Below, piece by piece: positions 8,995 to 17,279 of a stretch of DNA of 64,000 nt. The first letter of the stretch is position 1. Every line of letters starts with the position of its first letter. Position numbers and translations under genes: made by a program. The DNA is from a bacterium (GTDB lineage: Bacteria > Chloroflexota > Dormibacteria > Aeolococcales > Bog-877), in assembly GCA_021827985.1 (NCBI GenBank), contig JAKATL010000001.1, positions 45,108-109,107 of the forward strand, given 5' to 3'. The notes under the pieces were generated by a model. The model did not search any database and had not been told where the DNA came from. It worked only from the letters and a program-made list of their open reading frames with translations.

Positions 8995-9778
8995 CCGGCA
9001 GTCCAGCCGCGGGAGAACTCGCCCCGAAACCGCGCCGCCCCTCGCCAGCCTCCCCAGCCAGGCCGGCCCAATGGGCCCGGCGCCCGGCCTCGACCGCGGC
9101 CGCGAAGGCCCGCGCCATCTCCACGGGATTCCTGGCCCGGGCGATCCCCGTGTTAACCAGGACTCCGGCCGCACCCCATTCCATGACCCGGAGAGCGTCA
9201 GAGGGAGCGCCCAAGCCGGCGTCCACGATCACCGGTACAGGGCATTCCTCGATGATGAGACGGATGTTGTGGGGGTTCAGCACCCCGAGAGTGGAGCCTA
9301 TGGGCGCCGCGCCGGGCATCACCGCGGCCGCCCCCGCCTCAGCCAGCCGCAACGCCAGCGCCACATCGTCACTCGTGTACGGAAGAACTGTATAGCCCTC
9401 GGCCACCAGCCTCGAGGTGGCCTCGAAGGTCGCCAGGGGGTCCGGCAAGAGGCTGGCTTCGTGCCCCACCACCTCCACCTTGATGAAGTCCGAGAGGCCG
9501 GCCGCCCGGGCGAGGTGCGCGAGCCGGATCGCCTCCTCGGCTGAGCCGGCGCCTGCGGTGTTGGGCAGGAGGTGATAGCGGGCGAGGTCCAGCCCCTCAA
9601 GCTCCGACCTGCGATCGCCGTCGAGGTGGAGCCGGCGTACGGCGAGGGTGATCATCTCCGCCCCGGAGGCGGCGATCGATTGGGCCAGCACCTGCGCCGA
9701 CGGGAACTTCCCGGTCCCGTGGATGAGGCGCGAGCCAAGGGTGGCGGCCCCCAGGTGCAGCCTGTCCGCTTCCGTCAT
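8987..9778 (-). CDS. thiG: Thiazole synthase ThiG
   Basis: SRLIHGTGKF, LPNTAG, FIKVEV, LLPDP, VIVDAGLG, VLVNT. Confidence 0.95.
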   Translation of the reverse strand: MTEADRLHLGAATLGSRLIHGTGKFPSAQVLAQSIAASGAEMITLAVRRLHLDGDRRSELEGLDLARYHLLPNTAGAGSAEEAIRLAHLARAAGLSDFIKVEVVGHEASLLPDPLATFEATSRLVAEGYTVLPYTSDDVALALRLAEAGAAAVMPGAAPIGSTLGVLNPHNIRLIIEECPVPVIVDAGLGAPSDALRVMEWGAAGVLVNTGIARARNPVEMARAFAAAVEAGRRAHWAGLAGEAGEGRRGFGASSPAAGLPVG

Positions 9779-9779
9779 C

Positions 9780-10658
9780 TCACCCTCCTCCCACGAAGTG
9801 GACCACCTCGACCACGGCCCCCTCGCGCACCACATCGGTGGCCAGTTGCTCCCCGGGGATGATCCGCCCATCGACCTCCACGGCGACCCCTGAGGGCCCT
9901 ACCCCCAGCCGGGCCAAGAGCTCCATCACCGTCTCACCGGGTGGTGACTTGCGGGGTTCGCCATTCAACTTGATCCAGCGCCATGAGGTGGCCGCCTGGG
10001 CCTCCCGCCGGAGCCTCTGGGCGGCCAGCCTAGGGTCTGGAGCCGAACAGACGGCACGCACTACCGCAACCATGTCTGCCCCGGCCTCGATAGCCGAGGC
10101 ACCCTCGTCGAGTCCCCCTATGGCCACCACCGGGACCCGGGAGACCTGCGCGGCGGCGGTGACCTGCTGGAACCCCACCGCGACGCCCTCTGGCTTGGTC
10201 GGGGTGGCTCGCACTGGTCCGGCGGCGATGTAGTCCAGGGGAAGCAGCTGAGCCTGCAGGGCCTGCTCCGAATTGTGGGTCGAGAGCCCAATCAGCGGCC
10301 GTTCCCCGAGCCGCTCTCTGGCCTCCTGGACGCCGGTGTCATCCTGACCGAGGTGGACGCCATCCGTCCGCGCTGCCAGGGCTAGGTCGATGTGGTCGTT
10401 GACCAGGAAGAGGGCCCCGCCCCGCCGGCAGATCGCCTGGAGGGAACGGGCCAGATCCACCAGATCTGTCCATGATTCGCGCTTGCGACGCAGCTGCACC
10501 AGATCGGCTCCTCCCGCCACCGCCGCCTGGACCAGGCCGGGCAGGCTACCCAAGGGGCTCAAGTCATCAGTGACCACGTAGAGCCGCGAGTCCTGGAGGC
10601 GGGTGCGCAGCTGTTCCGATCCGAGCTCGAAATCCGTGTCCAGCTCGCCCATGGGCAT
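9780..10658 (-). CDS. thiE: ThiE (thiamine-phosphate synthase) fused to C-terminal ThiS sulfur carrier
   Basis: ThiE motifs (QLR, VNDH, GVHLGQDD, IGLSTH, TPTK, VAIGG) continue in frame into IKLNGE...VAVEVDG.II...VEVVHFVGGG-stop. Confidence 0.92.
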   Translation of the reverse strand: MPMGELDTDFELGSEQLRTRLQDSRLYVVTDDLSPLGSLPGLVQAAVAGGADLVQLRRKRESWTDLVDLARSLQAICRRGGALFLVNDHIDLALAARTDGVHLGQDDTGVQEARERLGERPLIGLSTHNSEQALQAQLLPLDYIAAGPVRATPTKPEGVAVGFQQVTAAAQVSRVPVVAIGGLDEGASAIEAGADMVAVVRAVCSAPDPRLAAQRLRREAQAATSWRWIKLNGEPRKSPPGETVMELLARLGVGPSGVAVEVDGRIIPGEQLATDVVREGAVVEVVHFVGGG

Positions 10659-10683
10659 CGCCCCATTCTAGGTGGAGTTGAGA

Positions 10684-13128
10684 TCAGTCCCCCCAGCGCG
10701 GTTCGCGCGGGACCCTGGGAAGGATCTGGGTCACTAGTTCGTAGTTGAGCACCTGCAGTCGGTCGGCAACCTGCTCAACAGTAAGCTCCGCACCCTGCTG
10801 TCTCCCGATCAGCACCACCTCATCGCCCCGAGCCACCTGCGGGTCCCCGGTAACGTCCACCATGGCCATGTCCATGCACACGTCGCCGGCTAGGGGGTGT
10901 TCCTGACCGCGGATGAGTACCGATCCCCAGGTGGTTGGACCTCTTCGGAAGCCGTCACCATATCCCACCGGTATGGTGGCGATCCGCGACCGCCTGGGGG
11001 CGCGGAAGCGGTCCCCGTACCCCACGTACTCCCCCTCGTCCACCCAGCGGACCTGGGCGACAGTGGTCTTGAAGGCCAGCGCCGGCCGTCGGCGACGCCC
11101 GTCCGCAGTCCGCAGCCCCAGAAGCTCACCCCCCAGCCGCACCATCTCGAAGCGGGCATCCGGCCGGGTGACCCAGCCGGAGGAGCTGGCGACGTGGCGG
11201 AGCCGAAACGGCGCGTCACCGACCTCATCCAGGGCCCTGTGGAAGCGCTGCAGCTGGACCCCGGCCGCCGCCGCGTCCTCCCCCTTTCTCAGGTGGGTAT
11301 AGATCCCCTCGAGATCCACCGCGCCCGCCGCGAAGTCCACCAGCTGGCGCACGCCCTCCGGGGGGACCCCCAGCCGGCTCATCCCGGTGTCGACCTTGAG
11401 GTGGGCGATCGCTCGTCTTCCGAACCGCCCCCCGGCGGCGGCGAGCGCCTCGAGCACCTCGCGATCAAACGCGGTGACGGTGAGTCCCATCCGCACCGCG
11501 AGCTCGACCTGGTCGGGCGGGGTGTAGCCGAGCACCAGGCAGGGCGAGGTGATGCCGGACTCCCGCAACTCCGCCGCTTCGGCCAGGGTTGCCGTGGCGA
11601 CCCATGAGGCTCCAGAACCAAGGGCGGCCCGGGCCACCTGGACGGCCCCGTGGCCGTAGGCGTCCGCCTTGACCACGGCCATGAGCTTCACCCCGGCCAG
11701 CTGGTCGAGCACCTCTCTGACGTTCTCGGCCACGGCCGCCAGGTCGACCTCCACCCAGGTTGGCCGCCGGGGTGACCGGAATCGCAGGACCGCCCGACCC
11801 GGCTCCGGGCGCACCATGGGAGTGCCCGGCGGGGCCAGAGCTGTCACCAGCCGCTCCATCCTGGACCCGGAGGTCCCCTTGATCAGCACGCTCCCACCGT
11901 CCTTCAGGATCTGGCGGGCGCGGCCCTGGGCACTGAGGAAGCCGATTCCGCCGTCCCCTCCGGGAGCCGCTGACGGGAGCACGCGGGCCACCTCGGCGTA
12001 TGGCCAGCGGGGAAGCCTTCGGGCCTCCCGGCCGCCGCCGAGCAGCGCTAGGCGGGGCGGGGGCAGGCGGCCGAGAGCCGAGCCGGCCAGGCCCAGCGAC
12101 CCCGGGGACATGTCGAAGGAGTCGTCCAGCAGCCGACCCGTCCCCCGTGTCGGCAGAAGCCGCAGGCGGCCTGGGAGCGGAGCCACCTCCGCCAGACCCT
12201 CAACAGCTCGATCGAGGTCCTCACCGAGGGCGAGTAGGCACCCCACGGCGGCCCCGAACCCAACCTCAGCCAGGCGGGGATGGAGATCTGTCCGCACTGT
12301 CCACGTCCGCTCCCCTGCCCTCACCCGGCAGGGCCACCGTTCGGGCCAGGCCGAGCCCGCACCCTCCGGGCCGACCTCAACGTCAGCTCCGCTTCCCAGC
12401 GGGCCGAACCAAATCGCCGACGACCCCCAGCGTCCGAGCAGCGCAGCCGACTGGAGGGGCGCTACCAGCCTGGGCATCGGGCCCCACATGCGCCAGACCT
12501 GAGCCGCCAGCGCCCGCGACGAGCTCCAGTACAGGCTCCTAGCGTCATGGAGCGAGGTTAGACAGACCAGCTCCGGCTGGATCATCCGCGCGAGCCGCCT
12601 CTCCTCGAGCACCCCATCGGCCACCACCTCCATCACCGCGGGGCCGGTTAGCTGGCCCTTGGCCTCGGAGAGCGCCAGGGGGATCCCCAGCGAGTCGTTG
12701 CGATCCCCATTGGCCACCACCCGCTCCCCGGAGGCCCTCCCCCACGCCGCCACCAGGCAGGCCTGTGCGGTGCTCTTGCCCAGGCTGCCGGCCACCGCCA
12801 CCGTCCTCAGCTGGCGCACCCGCCACTGGCCGAAGACCTCCAGCGCCTCCCGGACGTCGGGAACCAGGATCGCCGTCTGCTCCAGGTCGGGAGGCAAGCC
12901 GAGCTCCTCCTGGGGACGGTCCACGAGGATGCCCAGGGCGCCGCGGCGGAGTGCGTCCCCCACATGGGCATGGCCGTCGCCGGTAGCGCTCCTGAGAGCG
13001 GCAAAGAGCTCCCCACCACTGAGGTTGCGGGTGTCGTGCCCGATGGCTGTGAACGCCCGCGGGCCCCAGGACAGGACCTCGGGCCGGACGCTTGAGAGCG
13101 CCTCCAGGAGCTCGTCCAGCTCCAGCAT
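10684..13128 (-). CDS. alr: MurF-like domain fused to alanine racemase
   Basis: N-terminal Mur ligase-like part (DTR, GELFAAL, DGHAH, GSLGKST); C-terminal Alr (VVKADAYGHG, HLKVDTGMSRLG, VGYG, CMD, NYE). Confidence 0.88.
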   Translation of the reverse strand: MLELDELLEALSSVRPEVLSWGPRAFTAIGHDTRNLSGGELFAALRSATGDGHAHVGDALRRGALGILVDRPQEELGLPPDLEQTAILVPDVREALEVFGQWRVRQLRTVAVAGSLGKSTAQACLVAAWGRASGERVVANGDRNDSLGIPLALSEAKGQLTGPAVMEVVADGVLEERRLARMIQPELVCLTSLHDARSLYWSSSRALAAQVWRMWGPMPRLVAPLQSAALLGRWGSSAIWFGPLGSGADVEVGPEGAGSAWPERWPCRVRAGERTWTVRTDLHPRLAEVGFGAAVGCLLALGEDLDRAVEGLAEVAPLPGRLRLLPTRGTGRLLDDSFDMSPGSLGLAGSALGRLPPPRLALLGGGREARRLPRWPYAEVARVLPSAAPGGDGGIGFLSAQGRARQILKDGGSVLIKGTSGSRMERLVTALAPPGTPMVRPEPGRAVLRFRSPRRPTWVEVDLAAVAENVREVLDQLAGVKLMAVVKADAYGHGAVQVARAALGSGASWVATATLAEAAELRESGITSPCLVLGYTPPDQVELAVRMGLTVTAFDREVLEALAAAGGRFGRRAIAHLKVDTGMSRLGVPPEGVRQLVDFAAGAVDLEGIYTHLRKGEDAAAAGVQLQRFHRALDEVGDAPFRLRHVASSSGWVTRPDARFEMVRLGGELLGLRTADGRRRRPALAFKTTVAQVRWVDEGEYVGYGDRFRAPRRSRIATIPVGYGDGFRRGPTTWGSVLIRGQEHPLAGDVCMDMAMVDVTGDPQVARGDEVVLIGRQQGAELTVEQVADRLQVLNYELVTQILPRVPREPRWGD

Positions 13129-14375
13129 CAGGGGTGGGCCCTTCCCTCCAGCCAGAGCCGGGCCGCCTCCTGGGTCTCCACCAATTCGTCCGCGACCTCG
13201 GAGGCTAGCAGTCCGGCGCGGCCCCTCCGGTCAGCGAGAAGGGTTCCCGCGGCGGCGTGCAGAAAGACTCCGGCCCGGGCCGCGTCTGCGGCGCCATGCC
13301 CCTGGGCCATCAGGGCCCCGATCAATCCCGCCAGGACGTCCCCGGCACCCCCAATGGCCAGGGCGGAGGTGGCGTGGGCGTCGCGCCAAAGTTCGCCCGA
13401 GGGCTCGGCCACCAGGCTCCCGGCACCCTTCAAAACCACCACCGCCGAGAGTCCCGCCGCCAGTTTGCGGGCCGCCGCCTCACGATCCGCCTGGACTGCC
13501 GCGGCGGTCGTCCCCAGAAGCCGGGCGGCCTCCAGGGGGTGGGGGGTGAGCACCGATCCAGGTGGCAACAGGGTGCGCAGGTCAGGGGTGCGGCTCACGG
13601 CGTTGAGGGCATCGGCATCGGCCACCAACCCCGCCCGGGCGGAGCGGAAAACGGTGGCCACCAGTTCGCCCACCCCCGCACTGTCGCCGAGGCCCGGGCC
13701 TGCCACCACCACCTCCCCCTGTACGTCCGCCAAGTGCCGGGCGAGGTCGGAGGCGGAGTAGTGTCCGGACTCCACCGGAAGGGGCACTCGGATCACCTCC
13801 GGCGGCAACCCTGCGCCAGGATGATCAATCGCCACGACACACTTGACCTTTCCCGCCCCCCCGCGGAGTGCCCCCCGGCAGGCGAGTTCCGCCGCCCCGG
13901 GAAATTGAGGGCTCCCCGCCACCACCAGGACCGTACCGAACGTGCCCTTGTGACCCGCCGGTGGCCGCGAGGGCAGGACCACCCGCTCGGGCACCGGCAA
14001 GGGGAGGCTGCTCGCCGTCATCACGGCCACGGCCACCGCGACACCGGCGTCGTGGGTGAGGGAGATCTCCAGCCCGGGAACTGGGCGCCCGAGCACCAGC
14101 GCCTCCGGTGCTCCCCCGCGGCGATGGCGGACCGAGATCTGCGGGTAGAGCGGGAGAGGCAGGCCGAGACTGCCGTGCACCTTCCGCACGGCCTCCTTGG
14201 CTGCCCAACGCACGGCCAAGCGCTCCGGCCGACCTGCGCAGTACTCGACCTCTTCCGGGCTGAACAACTTCTCGGCGAAGCGGGGCCTCCTCGCCAGGAG
14301 CCGGGCGATGCGGGCCACCTCGGCGACGTCAACACCTGTGGCCACGGGCGGGAGCCGGCTCCCTGGCAGGATCAC
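13128..14375 (-). CDS. acpS: Holo-ACP synthase AcpS fused to NAD(P)HX dehydratase NnrD
   Basis: GVDVAEVARI...RWAAKEA...SLTHD followed in frame by HKGTFG.VLVVAGS..FPGAA, DADALN, LTPH..EAARL, VLKG, GGAGDVLAG. Confidence 0.9.
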   Translation of the reverse strand: MILPGSRLPPVATGVDVAEVARIARLLARRPRFAEKLFSPEEVEYCAGRPERLAVRWAAKEAVRKVHGSLGLPLPLYPQISVRHRRGGAPEALVLGRPVPGLEISLTHDAGVAVAVAVMTASSLPLPVPERVVLPSRPPAGHKGTFGTVLVVAGSPQFPGAAELACRGALRGGAGKVKCVVAIDHPGAGLPPEVIRVPLPVESGHYSASDLARHLADVQGEVVVAGPGLGDSAGVGELVATVFRSARAGLVADADALNAVSRTPDLRTLLPPGSVLTPHPLEAARLLGTTAAAVQADREAAARKLAAGLSAVVVLKGAGSLVAEPSGELWRDAHATSALAIGGAGDVLAGLIGALMAQGHGAADAARAGVFLHAAAGTLLADRRGRAGLLASEVADELVETQEAARLWLEGRAHP

Positions 14376-16204
14376 TCCACGGTTACGGACTTGGCCAGGT
14401 TGCGCGGCCGGTCCACATCGAGCCCACGGCTGACGGCGGCGTGGTAGGCGAGCTGCTGCCCCACCAGTACGTCCACCATTGGAGAGACTATCTCAGACAC
14501 CCGGGGAACCTCGACCAGATGGTCCGCGAGGTGGTCCAGACTGTGGTCTCCCTCGCTCACCACCGCCAGCACCGGACTCTGGCGAGCGCGGACTTCCTGC
14601 ACGTTGCTGCGCACCTTCTCCCGGGTCGGGCTCTCGGTGGCAAAGGCCACCACCGGCAGCGAAGGATTGAGCAGCGCTATAGGCCCGTGCTTCAGCTCAC
14701 CCGCCGGGTAAGCCTCCGCGTGCAGGTAGGAGACCTCCTTCAGTTTGAGCGCGGCCTCCAGCGCCACCGGATAGCCGTATCCCCTGCCCATGTAGAGCAC
14801 GCTCCGGTGCTCTGCCAACCAGGCCCCAAGTGGAGCGATCCGCCCCTCCTCGCTCAGAACCCGCTGTTGGGCCTCCGTCACGGAGCGGAGGCCCGAGGCG
14901 AGCCGGCTTCGGTCCCCCGGCCCCAGCGTACCCCGGGCGCTGCCTAGTCGCATCGCCAGCAGCAGCGAGACGGCCACCTGGTTCAGGAAGGTCTTGGTCG
15001 CCACGACACAGATCTCCGGTCCAGCGTGGAGGTTGACCATGGCGTCAGCCTCCAGCGCCAGGGTGCTGCCCAGGACGTTGCTCACCGCGAGCAGGTAGCT
15101 CCCCTGCTCCTTGGCCCGACGGGCCGCCGCCAGGGTGTCGGCGGTCTCCCCGGACTGGGAGATGGCGATCGTCAGCGTGTGGCGGTCCACAGCCTGCGGC
15201 CGATACCTCCACTCGGAGGCCACCTCGACGGCGGCGGGGATGCCGGCTAGCTCCTCGATGGTGTGCTTGGCCAGCAGGCCAGCGTAGAAGGCCGAGCCGG
15301 CCGCCACGATCTGCACCCGGTTGAATGCCCGAAGCGCCTCGTCTCCGACGTCCCAGTCGGCGAACTCGACCCGCCCGTCCGCCAGCAGTCGACCCCGAAG
15401 GGCGTTCTCCAGCGCCGCCGGCTGCTCATGCATCTCCTTGGACATGAAATTGGGGTACCCGCCACGCTCGGCCTGGAGTACGTCCCACTCCACGCGGACC
15501 ACGCGCGGCGCCGTCTCACTCCCGTCCGCGATGGAGGTGACCACCGGCCCCACCGGACTCAACACCACCATGTCACCCTCACCCAGCACCAGCGCCTGCT
15601 TGGTGTAGGGGATGATGGCGGTGAGGTCAGAGCTGAGGAACCACTCGTCCGCCCCGACCCCCACCACCAGCGGGGCGTTGAGACGGGCTCCGATGAGGGT
15701 GTCGGGGTCGGTCGAGCTGAGAACCACCACGGCGTAGGCGCCGCGAAGGCGGCGCAGCGCCCTCCTGGTGGCCGCCACCAGGTCCCCCTCGTAGTAGCTC
15801 TCGATCAGATGGGGCAGCACCTCGGTGTCGGTCTCCGAGCGGAAGACGTGCCCCTGCTCCGCCAGCTCCTGGCGCAGCTCGGAGAAGTTCTCGATGATGC
15901 CGTTGTGGATGACGAAGAACCGGTGGCTGCAATCGGCCTGCGGATGGGCGTTCTCAAAGGTCGGGCCCCCGTGGGTGGCCCACCTGGTGTGGCCCATGCC
16001 CACCTTGCCGGCTATCTCCTCTCCGTCGATACGGTCGAGGAGCGCCTGGACCTTGCCGGCGGCCTTGACCGCCACCGGCACCCCTCCCGTGCCCAGCACC
16101 ACCACGCCGGCCGAGTCATAGCCGCGGTACTCCAGCCGGCGCAGGCTGTCCAGTAGGACCGGGGCCGCCGGGCGCGGTCCGAGGTAGCCGATGATGCCGC
16201 ACAT
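14372..16204 (-). CDS. glmS: Glutamine-fructose-6-phosphate aminotransferase
   Basis: MCGIIG, LEYRGYDSAG, HTRWATHG, SQSGETADT, ELKHGP, PRNLAKSVTVE. Confidence 0.98.
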   Translation of the reverse strand: MCGIIGYLGPRPAAPVLLDSLRRLEYRGYDSAGVVVLGTGGVPVAVKAAGKVQALLDRIDGEEIAGKVGMGHTRWATHGGPTFENAHPQADCSHRFFVIHNGIIENFSELRQELAEQGHVFRSETDTEVLPHLIESYYEGDLVAATRRALRRLRGAYAVVVLSSTDPDTLIGARLNAPLVVGVGADEWFLSSDLTAIIPYTKQALVLGEGDMVVLSPVGPVVTSIADGSETAPRVVRVEWDVLQAERGGYPNFMSKEMHEQPAALENALRGRLLADGRVEFADWDVGDEALRAFNRVQIVAAGSAFYAGLLAKHTIEELAGIPAAVEVASEWRYRPQAVDRHTLTIAISQSGETADTLAAARRAKEQGSYLLAVSNVLGSTLALEADAMVNLHAGPEICVVATKTFLNQVAVSLLLAMRLGSARGTLGPGDRSRLASGLRSVTEAQQRVLSEEGRIAPLGAWLAEHRSVLYMGRGYGYPVALEAALKLKEVSYLHAEAYPAGELKHGPIALLNPSLPVVAFATESPTREKVRSNVQEVRARQSPVLAVVSEGDHSLDHLADHLVEVPRVSEIVSPMVDVLVGQQLAYHAAVSRGLDVDRPRNLAKSVTVE

Positions 16205-16277
16205 TGGACCCGCCTCCCCTTGAGCCTGTACCCGGAAGTTAACGAGGATTACGCCTCAGAGGTTACTGGGAAACCGC

Positions 16278-17279
16278 CTAGGGGGTGGCGCTGGGAGACG
16301 GTGTCGGCGTGGGCGCCGCGATCGGCGCCACGTCCACCACCACCGTGACCGTGGTCGAGGACGAGGTGACCCCCGCCGGCAACACCAGCGGGATCTGGAA
16401 GGTGGTGGTCTTGGTGAGCCCGCCCAGGTTCACCGTCTCGGTATCGATGGCCGTGAGGGCGGTGATGGTGCCCGAGGGGCCGGTCACCACCACCGTGAGC
16501 GGAGTGGACTGAATGCCCACGACCTCGTATCCGGAGGCCGGCTGCCCCGAGGTGACCACATAGACCACGACCCCGCGGTCCGAGGTCTGGGAGGAGATGG
16601 CCGCGTTTACGGTGACCACCTGGGGGGTGAAGCTGATGTAGCTCTTGAGGTCTCCCTCGTGAAGCATGTCAACGGTGGCGCTCTGCGCCACCGAGCTCTT
16701 GGCGTTGGCCAGTGAGATGGTGGCCACCGCCTCCAGCTTGGTGATGATGGTGCTCGGCGCGCGCACCGATACCGTGGCCGGGCTCACAGTGGTCTTGGAG
16801 CTCACCCAGGAGTACCCTGCCGGCGGCAGCTGGCCCGACGCCACCTGGACGTGGACCGGAAGGTCAGCCGTGACCATTCTGTCCACGGTCACCGAGACCT
16901 TGGCCGGGTGAGACCAGAGCTCGATCAGGCTGGGGTCACCGTTGGAGACCCGGAGTGGCACCTGGTACCGCCCTGGGCCCTTCACCGAGGAGAGGTCCAC
17001 GGAGGCGCTGAGCGCGGAGACCACCCGCGGGGAATGAACGTTGGAGCGTATTCCGGCCACCTTGAGGGTCACCTCCCCGAGGCCCTGGGCGCCAGGGAAC
17101 GAGGGCAGGACCACCAGCCCACTGCCAAGCCCGAGAACCTGCACCGGCACCTGGACGCTGGCGAACGCCGGAGGATTGCGGGCGTACACCACCCCCACCC
17201 ACATGCCACAGGCCACCAGCAGCGCCACCGTCTTGAGCCGCCAGTTGCCGCCCAGGAGCCGCCCGAGACCCGCTGCCAT
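16278..17279 (-). CDS. cdaR: CdaR (YbbR-domain) regulator of diadenylate cyclase
   Basis: NWRLKTVALLVACGMWV N-terminal TM, repeated beta-rich YbbR-like units, Pro/Thr tail; ATG overlaps cdaA stop (TGATG). Confidence 0.82.
   Translation of the reverse strand: MAAGLGRLLGGNWRLKTVALLVACGMWVGVVYARNPPAFASVQVPVQVLGLGSGLVVLPSFPGAQGLGEVTLKVAGIRSNVHSPRVVSALSASVDLSSVKGPGRYQVPLRVSNGDPSLIELWSHPAKVSVTVDRMVTADLPVHVQVASGQLPPAGYSWVSSKTTVSPATVSVRAPSTIITKLEAVATISLANAKSSVAQSATVDMLHEGDLKSYISFTPQVVTVNAAISSQTSDRGVVVYVVTSGQPASGYEVVGIQSTPLTVVVTGPSGTITALTAIDTETVNLGGLTKTTTFQIPLVLPAGVTSSSTTVTVVVDVAPIAAPTPTPSPSATP

Noticed and set aside
10659-10683. Possible TPP riboswitch upstream of the thi genes
   Set aside because: 25-bp gap with no CTGAGA/TGAACC core.
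16205-16277. Possible glmS ribozyme or repeated TAAC motifs upstream of glmS
   Set aside because: Only 73 bp, far too short for the ribozyme; the repeats are not regularly spaced.
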